From the human T2T-CHM13v2.0 reference genome, Homo sapiens, in the NCBI RefSeq assembly GCF_009914755.1, contig NC_060939.1: a DNA stretch of 64,000 bases. One strand, written 5' to 3'. The position numbers and the translations under genes are program-made. Within the stretch, counting starts at the first letter, position 1. Each line of letters opens with the position of its first letter. This document shows, in pieces, positions 34,631 to 59,252 of this stretch. The notes beneath the pieces were generated by a model, which was not told the origin of the DNA, searched no databases, and saw only the letters and a program-made list of their open reading frames with translations.

Positions 34631-35221
34631 ACTTTTCTTTCTTCTTTTTTTTTTTTTTTTTTTGTAGATACAGGTTCTTACACCATGTTGCCCATGCTGG
34701 TGTCAAACTCCTGGGCTCCAGCAATCCTCCCACCTCAGCCTCCCAAGTAGCTGGGACCACAGGCACCCACCACCACGCCCGACTAATTTTTCTTTTTTTA
34801 TCTTTTTCTTTTCTTTTTTTGTAGATATGGGGTCTTACCATGTTGCCCATGCTAGTGTCAAACTCCTGGGCTCAAGCAATCCTCCCACCTCAGCGTCCTG
34901 AGTAGCTGGGACCACAGGCACCCACCACCATGCCCAGCTAAATTTTTTTTTTTTGGGGGGTAGAGAAGGGATCTTACCAAGTTGCCCATGCTGGTGTCAA
35001 ACTCCTGGGCTCAAGCGATCCTCCCACCTCAGCCTCCCAACACGTAAACGGGTGCTACATTTCTGCACAATCCCCGCAGTCTCCCTTATTCTGTTTTACA
35101 ACTACTCCCACATAAAGTAACATAGAAAGGTGAGCCCCATTATTCCTTTAGAAGGTAGACTGGAGCTTGCAAGAAGCTGTAGGATAAAGATTCAGAGGTC
35201 AACTGAGATAAAATGAAACAC

Positions 35222-35440
35222 CCAGGTGATTTTAAGCTAATCAAGGGCCCCTTTCATGTGGGTGATTTTAAACTACCCGAGTGACCCTTTCACACAGGTG
35301 ATTTTAAATTAATCAAGAGCCTCTTTCACACAGGTGATTTTAAACTAATCAAGTGACCCTTTCACACAGGTGATTTTAAACTAATCAAGACCCTCTTTCA
35401 CGCAGGTGATTTTAAACTAATCGAGTTCTCCTTTCACAGA
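35222..35440. repeat. 6 x 36-bp minisatellite
   Basis: ggtgatttt at 35225, 35261, 35297, 35333, 35369 and 35405. Confidence 0.95.
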
Positions 35441-36497
35441 ACTAAAAGGGGTGGTTAATTTACACAAATGCGCAGGCTACAGCCACCTCTCCTTCCTAGG
35501 GACTTCGGGCCGAAAATGCCACCTGTCACACCTCCAATCCAGGCACTGCAGGGCTGTTAGGAGGGGAATTAGCAGCTGGGATACCCCAATCCTACAATGA
35601 GGGGGGTTAGCAACCCCTCCTGAAATACCAAAAAGGCCACAGCTTCCTGCAGACGCTTAAGAACCATGCCAATCACAACTGCTTTCCTGAAAAATGCAAG
35701 AAGTCCTGGTGAGGGCTGGGGTTGCAGGACGCTTTGCACACCACAGGTAACAGTTTGTGGGGGCGCTTCTCTGGGACTGGCTACCTCTTACTGTCCCCTG
35801 GACCAGGGGGGCCCTGCTCTCATCCTTCTGGCATCTCCCAGGCCCCTGCCCCACTCAGAGCTCCACCGCAGGGGCTCCTGAGGCTGGACTCAGAACCGCT
35901 GGATCCCATCAAGGCCCCCAAGGCAGACATCTCACAGATGTCTGTGCTGGGGGGTGCGTCTGAGGCTCTCCTTGCTTCATGAGGCTGCTTCACCCCATTC
36001 TTGTCTCCCCTCACCTCCTGACACCCTGGGTTCCCCATAGGCCCCCCTCCCCTGCACAGATTTTCACCTAGGCTCTGGGAGGTTGGTGGAGTCCTGGGTT
36101 CTAGAAGACCTCAGAGACCCAGGGCAGAGTGAATGTCAGGGGTTGTCAGAAGCAGGGGCTGCCCAAGACCAATTGCTGAGGGAAGAAGGAGTGATGAATG
36201 AGATGGATAAACATGTCAGCTGTTTGGCTTTCCACAATCATTATCTATTTTCAGCCTCCGTGTCCTGATGTTTAAAATACAGCAGCTAAAATATCTGGTG
36301 GTCTTTTCTTCCTCTTCTGAGTGCAGCCATGACATGCCACATCTCTGCCCATGGCCTTCTTGCCTTTGTCTCTAGAGGGTGCCATCAGGGACGGATCTGT
36401 CCATGCAGGAAGGAGCCTGAACCCCAGACTCTTGGACCTCAGACTGGGAGAGGGTGTGGGTGAAGGCACGTGGACCAGTGATTGATTAATTGATTGA

Positions 36498-36770
<273 letters not shown>

Positions 36771-37644
36771 GTGCAGGGCCAGAGGATGGCAAAGACAGGG
36801 GCTGGCCCCAGGATCCTCAACTGTTGGCATCAGGACCGGACTCAGGGCCTCAGTCTGGCAGCATGGGCGTCACGCTGCCTGCCGGGCAGAGCCCTTTGCC
36901 CCACCTGAAAGCCCTGTGGTCACAGTGTAGAGGCTGGAGCGGCATGCTGGGGTGGGAAGTGCTGTCCTTGTTGCTCTGTCCCCTGGCTCAGGAGCCCCTG
37001 AGAGTGGCTTCTGCTCCCCGAGCTTCCTGCGCTCCCTGAAAGTTGTGCATCCAGTGCTGAGTCCTGAGGGCCTGGGGGTGTCAGGCCTCCTTCCTGGCTG
37101 TGACATGTGGGTTGGAGATTTGCCTTTGTTTTAGTGAAATGCCAGTGGTCAAATTCAACAGGAAAGAGGAAAAAGAAAGCATAAGCCTGAGTCCAGGGTG
37201 GAGGATGGTGGCATTGAGGAAGGACCTGGGGCCCTGCTTCTCCCACTGTCTCCAGTCCACACCCTTCTGGAAAGGTCACATGATGGCTGCTGCAGCTCCA
37301 GGAGTCACTGTATGGACATGAAAACATCCAAGAAGAGGAGGCATCTCCTCCTTTGCATCACTTTTACTGGAAAGGAATGCTTTCCCCAGAAGTCCCCACA
37401 CCCCATGTCCCATGCAGCAGACCTGCCTCCAGGTCCTGCTGTTGCAGCTGAGTGCCAAAGGAGATGGAGACAGTGAGGACGTGGAGCTCACAGATTCTGC
37501 AGCACTGGCAGGCCTGCCGGCCAGGACCAAGATCACATGTCTGCTCCAGCATCCTCGGGCTTAACCCCTGAGCTGTCCTGCCTTACTCTCTCCTGAACTC
37601 TCTGGCCTGTTGCCACCAGGCCAGCTTAACAGAAAATACTAGAA

Positions 37645-37858
37645 CCTGTGGTTGTTGGTAAATGTTTAACAACTGGCTCTCCAGAGGTCAGGGGTTGGGG
37701 TAAGCCCCACTTTGAAGGTTTGCTGATTTCCAGGGTATAAACACTCCCACTTTGGTTGATTTCAAGGTACCAATGCAAAGTCCCTGAGTGTGGAGTAGGG
37801 AAGAGACGCTCACCATCGGCTCTCGTGAGCCCTACGAACTGGCCACAGTGTACCCCTG
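37645..37858. mobile_element. MER63-like hAT DNA transposon fossil
   Basis: tggtaaatgtttaacaactggctct...gatttcaaggtacca...atcggctctcgtgagcc. Confidence 0.65.
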
Positions 37859-38224
37859 ACTAGAACCCATGGGAATCCATACCTTAGAGCTGGGAGAAGG
37901 GATGCCCTACCCAGGCTGCAGTGCAATAATTAAGGCATTGAAGGAGCTGGCTGGACACAAATGAGACCATTTGTTGGATCCCTACGATGTGCCGATCACA
38001 CACAAATGTCATGTCGATGCCTCATAACTATCCCTTTGTCTGATGAAGAAACTGGGATTCAGAGAGGTTGAGGCACCTGGTGACTTGTATGGAATCAGAA
38101 TCCAAACCCAGGTCTGTCTTCTTCCAAAGGCTTTCAGATTTGTCCTTTCACCCAAAACAAAGGCCTAGATTCAGAAGAGACCCAGCTCACTCTCATTCCA
38201 CCCTGATGACATGCCAGGGGCCAG

Positions 38225-38650
38225 GATGTTCAAAGTGGAGCATGACTCACAGTCACCGAAAAGTAGGAAAAAGCAAATGTCCATCGCTGAGGAGTGGATA
38301 AACGAAACGCGGTCCATCCATACAACTCATACCATCAGCCATAGAGAGGAACGAGGCTCTGACACACCCTACAACGCGATGAACCTTGAACATGATGCTG
38401 AGTGACAGAAGTCGGACACAAGGGACCACGTATTACACGATTCATTCCATTTACATGAGAGGCCCAGTGTGGCCAGTCTACAGGGACAGAAAGTGGATGG
38501 GTGGCTGTCAGGGGCCAGAGGGATGAGGGAATGAGGAGTGACTGACAACAGATATGGGGTATCTTTGTGGGGTGATGGAAATGTTCTAGAACTAGATGGA
38601 GGTGTGCACAATGTGTCAGTGTGCATAGTGCCCCTGAAATTATAAAACAA
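38225..38650 (+). mobile_element. Old L1M 3' fragment
   Basis: caaatgtccatc..gagtggataaac, gaaccttgaacatgatgctgagtga, ggggtgatggaaatgttctagaactaga. Confidence 0.75.
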
Positions 38651-38782
38651 ACCAGGCGGTGGAGGATTCCTCGAAAAGGGATTTTCCTTGCTCCAGCCTC
38701 CCAGGCTGAGGCTCTTGTGTCACTTTCTCAAGTTCACTGCAGGCAGCTTCCCATGCTACCAGGTAAAAAGTAAAGGAGGCGA

Positions 38783-40522
<1,740 letters not shown>

Positions 40523-41283
40523 TGTGTTAAGGCTGATATGGTTCTGGGAAACACTGAGATATATGATTTCTTAAGATCCCTTCCAGTTTTTAAATAATTA
40601 AACCTGACCTCATAAAACTTTTTCCATAATTCTAGTAAAACCAAGTGCATGGTGCCTTTTAAACAATCCCCAGAGCATCGTTGCACTACTGTGACCCAAG
40701 TGTGCCCACAGGCCGATCACAGTTAACAAACCCTGAAGACTCTTAAGAGGCTTCCTTCTGGCCCTTGGTAGAACAATCTCTTCTGTGACATTCAATGACA
40801 ACATCTTTGCCTTGTTTATTTCCTTTTCACCTTAACAAAGAGAAGAGCTGATGCCCTAAACTCAAACTTTCTTATGCTGTCTTTGTGCTTTGACAAGTTC
40901 AGTGCTTAACTAGAATATTTTTGTTTTTGTTTTCACTGAAAAGAAAAAAAAAAGAATAAATAGAACTCCAAGGAAATTTGGTAACATATTTTTATGTGCT
41001 GGAGTGAGTTCATGCCATGTGACATTCCTTTCTACTAATTATTTCTCCTGGGTTTATCTTTCCCTCATCTCTTCTCTAACTGATAATATTCTAACAGCAG
41101 CCCACAGGACATTCTGGATGGGTGCCACCTTTTCTGTCTGCACAGAACAGACTGTTCACAATGGCTGGCGTTGGAGATGCCTTGCAGAACCGACAGATGA
41201 GCCAGGGAGTAAAAAAAAGCAAAAAAGAGAAAGTGGAGAACAGAGTCAACCAAAATCAGGCAGGGAGCACTGCAGTACCGAGG

Positions 41284-41704
41284 TGTTCGGGGCTGAAAGA
41301 TATCCCCCAAAAATGCATGTCCACCCAAAACCTCAGAATGTTGCCTCATTTGGAAATAGGGTCTTTGCAGGTGTAGTTAGTTAAAAATTATGTTCCACTG
41401 GAATAGGATGGGGCTTAAATACAATGACAATGTCTTGAAAAGAAGAGGACACAGAGACACACAGAGGGGAAGGCGCATGAAGATGGAGGAAGAGATGCGT
41501 CTATGAAACAAGGAAAGCCCAGGAATGCCCAAAGCCCACAGAAGCTGGGAGAGGCTACAAAGGTCCTGGCACAGAGCCTTAGGAGTGAGCATGGTCCTTT
41601 TAATGCCACACTTGTGTCCCGCAGCACTGTGGGAGAATAAATGCTTATTCTTTTAAGTGACTTAGCAGATGAGCATTTGCTATGCAGCCACAAAAAACAA
41701 ATCC
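41284..41704 (+). mobile_element. MLT1 (MaLR) solo LTR
   Basis: acctcagaatgttgcctcatttggaaatagggtctttgcag...agaagctgggagagg...gagaataaatg...gcagcc. Confidence 0.85.
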
Positions 41705-41733
41705 CGGGATCACAGGAAAAGTAATCTTAACAG

Positions 41734-42310
41734 TAACCCAAATCCTAACCCTAACACTAACCCTAATTGTAACGCTAAAGACTAACCTTAACTCTAACCC
41801 TAATTCATGACCTTAACACCCTAACCTTAACCCTAACACTAAACTCAAATGCTAACCCAAAAAGCTAAAGCCAACCCAAAACATAACCTAACCCTTAACC
41901 TAAACACTAATCCAACCCTAACCCAGAAACCTAACCATAACCCAAAGACATAACCCATAAATCTAATCATAACCCTAACCCCAACTCAGACCCTAACACG
42001 AACCCTAACCCTAGCCCGAAACACTAAACCTACCCCTAAAATCTAACTCTAACCCTAACCCTAACCCTAAACACTAACCCAACCCAAAACCCTACCCCTG
42101 CCACTAAACCATAAATGTAAGCCAAAACCTAAACCCTAACCCTAACACTAACCCTAAATCTAACTCCTAAACCTAAACCCTAACCGGAACCCTAAAACCT
42201 AATCTTAACAATAAACCTAAACCCTAACACTAACCCTAAAGCCTAACCCTAACCCTAACTCTAAACCCTAACCCTAACCCTAAGCCCTAACCCTAACCTA
42301 ACCCTAACCT
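41734..42310 (+). repeat. Interstitial telomeric sequence, degenerate (CCCTAA)n
   Basis: About 575 bp of CCCTAA and variants (CACTAA, CTCTAA, CCCTAAA, CCTAA). Confidence 0.95.
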
Positions 42311-42852
42311 ACAGGTGGGAGAGCAATCTCCACCTGCCCCACTCTCCCTCCATCTAGCCAGCAACTGCAGAGTTGATTTTTAGAATCTGAGTGGTGTGTA
42401 GGGTGGAGGAAGAACCTGCTGGGCTCTTTGCCTCACCTACAGGTGGGTGGTTTAGAGACTGACCCTGCCCTGGGTATTCCTTTAGCTCCAGGTAAATGAG
42501 CCACTTCCTACATGCTGGGGGCACTTGGTGATGGGAATAATGGCTGACATTTACTGAGTTCTTACCATAGTTCTGGAACTATTCAAATGAATATATATGA
42601 ATTTCAACACTCTATATTCTATTATATTAAGAATTTTATTAAGAGTATGCATATGCTATTAATGATGTTATCATCAAAATAGCACTTGTGTTTTATGAAA
42701 TCCTAGTCACCATTAGTTGTAAGACACAACACTATGTTACTATGGTTTTAAGACTTAAAAAAAAAATCTGTCAACTAAACACATCATTACTTGTAAACAC
42801 ATCCTAATTTTAGAGATGTTAAAATTCAAATCTTAGAATCAATAAAATATGA

Positions 42853-43555
<703 letters not shown>

Positions 43556-43770
43556 TGTAGGGCCCAGGCTGTAAACCACTGTCCCATAGGGGCTATCATT
43601 AGGGCACTGCCAGCTCTTCAGCTTCGAGTGTCTTAGGCTGAGTCTACCAGTTATCATCCAATATCCATCTTCTCATTCTTCCTTTAGCATTAGAGCCCTT
43701 GAGTTTCCATGGGGCACAGGATCAAGCGCTAAAAGCTGCATTACCAGCCTCTCTTGTAGCTAGATGTGGC

Positions 43771-44665
<895 letters not shown>

Positions 44666-45144
44666 ACAGCCACGTGACACAGTTCTGGCCAGTGAGATGT
44701 AAGTGGAAGACAAGAATAAAGCTCTGGGCCTTGCTCTCATTTCCTCTTGCCTCCTTGCCTGGCTGGAATGTGGACCTGCTGGCCGGAGCTGAGGCAGCCC
44801 CATCTCAGATGTTAAGATGGAAACCACATATTAGGCTTGGCAGACCAGCCAGATAGACACCAAAGGGCACCCAAATTTGCTAGGCTCAATCTGGGGCTGT
44901 TTCATAAGAAAGAAACAAGCTTCTATCTTGTTTAAGCCACTGTCATTTTGGCCTTTTTTTCTAGCAGCCAGAACGTGTTCTGATGAACACAGTCAATGCT
45001 GCCCTACAGGCACGGTCCTGGCCCTCCAAGAGCTGCAGACTCATTAAATGAGAATGAATAGAAAACACCTAATGCGGGGCTGGGCACAGCACGGGCCCTG
45101 GGTAAATGTTAGTTCCTCACAAAACATGGCTGACTCTGGCATGA

Positions 45145-46946
<1,802 letters not shown>

Positions 46947-49900
46947 TTATTTTTGTTGTAAGTGATTCAGGTTGAATTTCTGTCATTGGCAGCCAAAAGA
47001 GTCCTGAGCTCAGTAAGGGGCTCAACTGAGCCAGGACAGGATACTCTGGGACTTTTAGCAGCACAGAGCACTAGCTGGTGCTTGGAAATGATGTTTCCTC
47101 TGCTCTTGGCTAGGTGGAATCCCCAGGCCAGCATCCCCAAGATGAAATGTGCCCCTCCCTTTAGAAGGCAAGAATTGATGACAGTGAGTTTTTTGTTTGG
47201 TTTGGTTTGAAGTAGCCCAAATGTCCCCTTCCTGCCACGAGGGCAATGCAGCTTCTATCTTATGGCATCTGGGAGGAGCCATTTTTTATGGCCTGGATCA
47301 CCGAGACGGGAGGAGGGAGAGCAAACTGGGGGATGGCACACTCCTCCAGGCTGGGTCCGGGGAATGTGGCTATTAGGAGGAGGACAGCTGCCACAGCAGG
47401 CCCCTGTGATGAACCACGCCTCCGCTTTTGCACACCTGATTCCTGGCTGTTAAACCCTGTAAAGAAGGTCTTATCCCCATGCTACAAAGGAGGAAACTGA
47501 GGCAGAGAGAAGGGATGCAACTCGCCCAAGATCTACAGCTGGGAAGTCGTGACACCAGGCATTGGATTTCTGACTGCCACGTTCACGGAGATAGGAAGGA
47601 CACGGGGGAAGGGTGTTCAGGACGAGTTGGATGGAGGCTTGGCGTTGTGCAGCAATGGGGCAGCTGGCACATCTGCTGTGGCCACAGCAAAGAGAGGAGG
47701 GCCTGGGTGTGGAGTGGACACTGACCAGGCGGCCTTGCACTGCTCAGATAAATGAGGTTTGGCGTCCTGTCCTGCCAGGCCATTCTTTGGTGGCCTCTGT
47801 GTAAGCTGAGGCCTCGCTGTCCTGAGCCTGGCTTCTGGCTGCCGGTGAGTGGCTGTGGACCATCTCCCGCTTGCCAGCATCGCCTTTGGTGCTTGGCTGG
47901 GTAGACAGAAATGAGTCACACTCCCCAGTCCTGCCCAAGCTCTCCCTCCCTCTGCCCGGGGCACAGGCTGCCCGGTGTAATCCAAAATAAGCAATGTGTG
48001 GCCCCAGGGGTTGGGATGGGCAGGGAGGAAGCCCCATTAGGCATTCCTGTGAGGACAGCGTCCCTGAGCTGGGAGGACCCAGCTTTAGACTGGTCAGAGG
48101 ACCGCATCCGTCAGAGGTCTGAGTTCGGAGATTGTCCATGCCTCCAATTAGCCACGTGGCCCTGAGCAAGTCCCCTCTGTAGCATGGAGGAAATTGATCC
48201 CAGCAGAACCTCCCAGCCAGAGGCTGCTTGTTAGTCCCCATCTTTCAGGCTCCCAACACTGTTCCACTCCGGCCTTCCTGTGGGCTGGCTCTCATCTTAC
48301 CTCTCCACTCTGTAGCTAGCTCAGGTCCTGCCCGTAAACCCTTGCGTCCAGCCCCAACATGGTTAGCAAGAGCCAGGTTCCGTTGCTTGCAACCCCAAAA
48401 CCCTAGCTGGAGGAGCGACTGAAGTGTGTTCCATGTCACCCCACCCGTCCCACCGCCCACATAACCGCCAGCATCCCGAAGGGGCCCAGCGTGCTCAGCC
48501 TTGCATTGTACAGTGTGTTCTGCCTCAGTCCCATGGTGGCTCAGAGCCCACCCCTGGCCAGAGCCAGGCTGAAGGAATCCATGCTGGGGGCATGGATCCA
48601 GCAAGGGAAGTGTTGTGAGAAGTGCTCTGCAGAGCCTGAGCAGGGAGCTTTCCAGAAGTGGGGTGCGGCCACATGTGTCAGAGCTGCTGGGGAGTGCCAG
48701 GCAGGATGTGATTAATGTCGGCCGTGGGTGTGACAGCCAGCCAGCCCTCAGCCTCATTGTCAGAGTGGCTCGAACGCAGCCCCCTTTCCTCTCCCCACCC
48801 CTGCTCACAGCACCCACCCCTGCTATGTGTGGCATCCCCTCTCCTCCCTCCAAGTGTACTGATCCATGGTGCCAGTCACTTAAAAATAGCATCCTACCTG
48901 AAACGTAGGCATGAGACGGAACTCCAGGAAAGGAGACAGCACCCCTCTTGTGTCTTGGAGCACACAGATTCTTGAGCAATCTGTCCCTGGTGCTGACAAG
49001 GAGGGCCTCTCGCCGGCGCCTTCTGTTCCACTGGGGAAGGGAAAGCCCGTGTTGTAAGTCCCCCCATCTAAAGCTGGCATCTCAGCTCCACAGGGCCATA
49101 GGGCTGCCCAACCAGGGTCACTCTTTCTCTGCCCAGGGGCTGGCCTGAGAACCATACCCTCCCCCTTCCTCACCCTCTCTGCTTCCCACTGGGGGAGCCC
49201 TGGCATGAGATGTGAGGGAGGGTGGGGAGGGAGGCTGGGATACTTATCCCCCATCTTTCTCCCTACAAGGTCAGCACAGGCTGGCCATGACCTTAACAGA
49301 AATTCTCAGGTCCCTCCACCTTCCACCTCACCTCCATCCCTCAGGGCCCGTTGGCCCATTGAATTGCGTTTCCTGCAGACTCTATTGTGTGGCATGGTGG
49401 GTAATAGTGAAAAAAAACCGAAGGAGCCAAAATGTCCAAAAATAGAGGTCAATTGAGTTAGTGACAACAGTGGCACTGAGGAATCCTTTGTGGAATTTAA
49501 GAAGGATCTTTTAGTCTGCTGTGTTTCTTTGAATCTGAGAAGCCATCATTTGTTATTTGTATTACCAGTGTCATCATAACCCCCATTTTAGGGGGGAAAA
49601 AAAAGAAATAGCTGGCACATTTCTTTTGACATTGATTCTAAAACACATCCTTACTTTGAAACATTACAAAGTAAAAAAATATGCAATATGGTAAAATGTA
49701 ATGATTTGGAGAATGTGTTCTCCATATATTTTTAAGTTTTAAAAAAGTGGGTTAAGATATATTATGCCTGGTATTAAGAAAAAACTAACATGTCTATACA
49801 TACATAAACTATCCTCATTCAACTATGACCAGATCCTATGAAATATACACATGCATACACACCCACAGGAAAAAGAAACAGGAAGGACAGCTAACAAAAG

Positions 49901-51563
49901 GCCAGTGGCGCGGATCGCCGCGCCGTGGGGCTACATGCACTTTCTTCTTTGTATTTTTCTATTTCCCATTTTCTGATTTTATAAGCAGACAACTAAAATA
50001 ATAATCTCTACCACTGATTATCTCCTTTCCGCCTATCAGCACTTAACCTGTGCTGAACGCTTTGTAATGACGATCTCATTCAAGTCTCCAACACCCATGG
50101 GAGTAAGAATGCTGGTTACCAGCTATTCCACACACTGGGAAATGGAGGCTCAGGCAGCTATAAAGCAATGGAGCCGGGACCCAAACCCTGGTCATTCTGA
50201 CTCCAGAACCGAGGCCCTTAACCATTATATTCTAGACACAAACTTCACCCTAAGGGTTTGCACCTTTTTGAGAATTTAACGCAATGTTGCAAGAGGGCAC
50301 CCAAGGAAAATGTCACCCCTTTGCTGGCCAGGCAGGGACACTGAGATGCTGACCACAGAGAGCCAGCCTCACAGCACAGCCTAAACAAAGGCTTGGGGCT
50401 GCAGGGGAGGACCTCCAAGTCTCTCTGGTCCTGAAAAAGCAACGTGTCTTGTGAGCCAGTAAGGAGCCCCTTGGATGCCAGCCTGGCTGACGTAACTCAG
50501 GGCATCTCTGAGGCACTGTCAGCTGAGGCAGGACAAAGGAAGTGGATGTTCCCATGGCACCACGCTACGATGTCTTGACAAGGCCCCCTGCACCTCGTTT
50601 TGTGGTTCATTCTTATTTTGCTGAAAGGAGCTCTTCCGCTTCCTCTGAGATAAACATTCCTAACATCATTTCTTCTGAGCCGGCCAGCCAAGAGAACAGC
50701 TGGGAGCTCTCCGAGCACAGGCAGAGTGCATTCATTTTCTGGAACTCCGCTGAGAATCTTTTCTCCAGGAGACCCCAAGAAGCCATTGCAAATAAACAAA
50801 ATGAAGTTGCTGGGGAAACTGGCGGCCAGGAAGCTAGAGCTGGTGTAGCCCTGGGGAGAAGAATGGAGTCAGCCCCCAGTGCTGGGGTTGCTGGTGCTGG
50901 GCGCTGCAGTTGGCGGGCGCTGGGCTCCTCTGGATCCCAGGCTCTGCCTGTCCAGAACAGCAATCCTGCATGTCCGCGAGGCTGCCCCATTGCACAGATG
51001 AGGAAGCTGAGGCTCAGAGAGGTGAAGCGAGGGGTCCCACAACTGGCATCCAGCCTGAGCATGGCCTCACAGCTCTCCCACTCTTAAAAGTCTCCCAGGT
51101 CACAGACTCCTTAAGAATCTGGTGAAAGTTACAGACCCTCTGCTTTAAAAAAAAAAAAAAAAAAGTAATCCTGAAGTGCTGAGATTGTAGGTGTGAGCTG
51201 CCATGCCTGGCCCCAATGAAAAAACATTTAAAGCTTCATTAATTAAGACCTGCCTGTCACCTTCCACCACGACTGTGAGGCCTCCCTAGCCACGTGGAAC
51301 TCTCCAGCTCCAAGCAAGGCCTAGTTTAAATGCCACCTTTTCTGTGAAGCCCTATTGGACTTTCTCAGGCTCGTTTTCCCTTTGGACTTCTAGAGCATCT
51401 TGTAGACAATGGCAATTATCAAGGCCTGGATATATACATTATATAATTGTTACGTAATTATTAATGTGGCACAGCACAACAAATACGGATCTTGCAGACA
51501 GAAAAAAAATTGTGGTCATCCTCTTTATGAACTTTCTTGATTGATTTCATAAAACATCTATAA

Positions 51564-53147
<1,584 letters not shown>

Positions 53148-53599
53148 GAGCTAACAGACTGGCGATGGGACTTCACTGTGAAACTCCCATTCATCCTGCA
53201 AGTTTCCCTTGGGTGACAGCTGAGGAGCCACCACCGCAGTGCCACCAAGCCTGAGGGGTGTCCCCGCCTGTGACCTCAGGTCCCCCTTCTGCCTCTTTAG
53301 TCCTCCATTCCTTGTTCCACCAATGACCAATATTAAATTCTCTCTGCTAAACTAACCAGTGCATTTTCTGTTTTTCTGACCAGACCATCATGGGTACAGA
53401 GAGCCAGCGTCAGCTCAGAGTGAATATTCATAAAACCTGATTTCTTGCTTAATCTTAAGCAATAATCTCATCTCTTCTTCCTGGTCCTCAGTGGATCACC
53501 TCACACCCCAGGGACATGATCACTGCTCTATAACATAGAACTCATGGGACATTTAATGTTAACTTAATTACCCCCATCATTGGCTTGCTGTGTACCCAC

Positions 53600-58720
<5,121 letters not shown>

Positions 58721-58851
58721 CTCCTACCCAGAAGACAGCATAAATCCCGTAAATTTTTCTTTCCCAGTTCCCTGGACAAAGCAAGGAAGCTCGCAAGACT
58801 TTGAAGCCTGTCCTCATAGAAAAATGTCAATCCCTACTTCAGTGTATGCTA

Positions 58852-59252
<401 letters not shown>

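Noticed and set aside
35222-35440. CRISPR-like appearance (constant repeat with a short variable part)
   Set aside because: The variable part is only a few nt, there are no unique spacers or cas genes, and the context is eukaryotic; it is a minisatellite.
41734-42310. Chromosome-fusion site like 2q13
   Set aside because: Repeats are in one orientation only, with no head-to-head TTAGGG/CCCTAA junction.
48245-48979. 244-aa minus-strand ORF
   Set aside because: Non-ATG start, no recognisable domain, GC-rich chance ORF.
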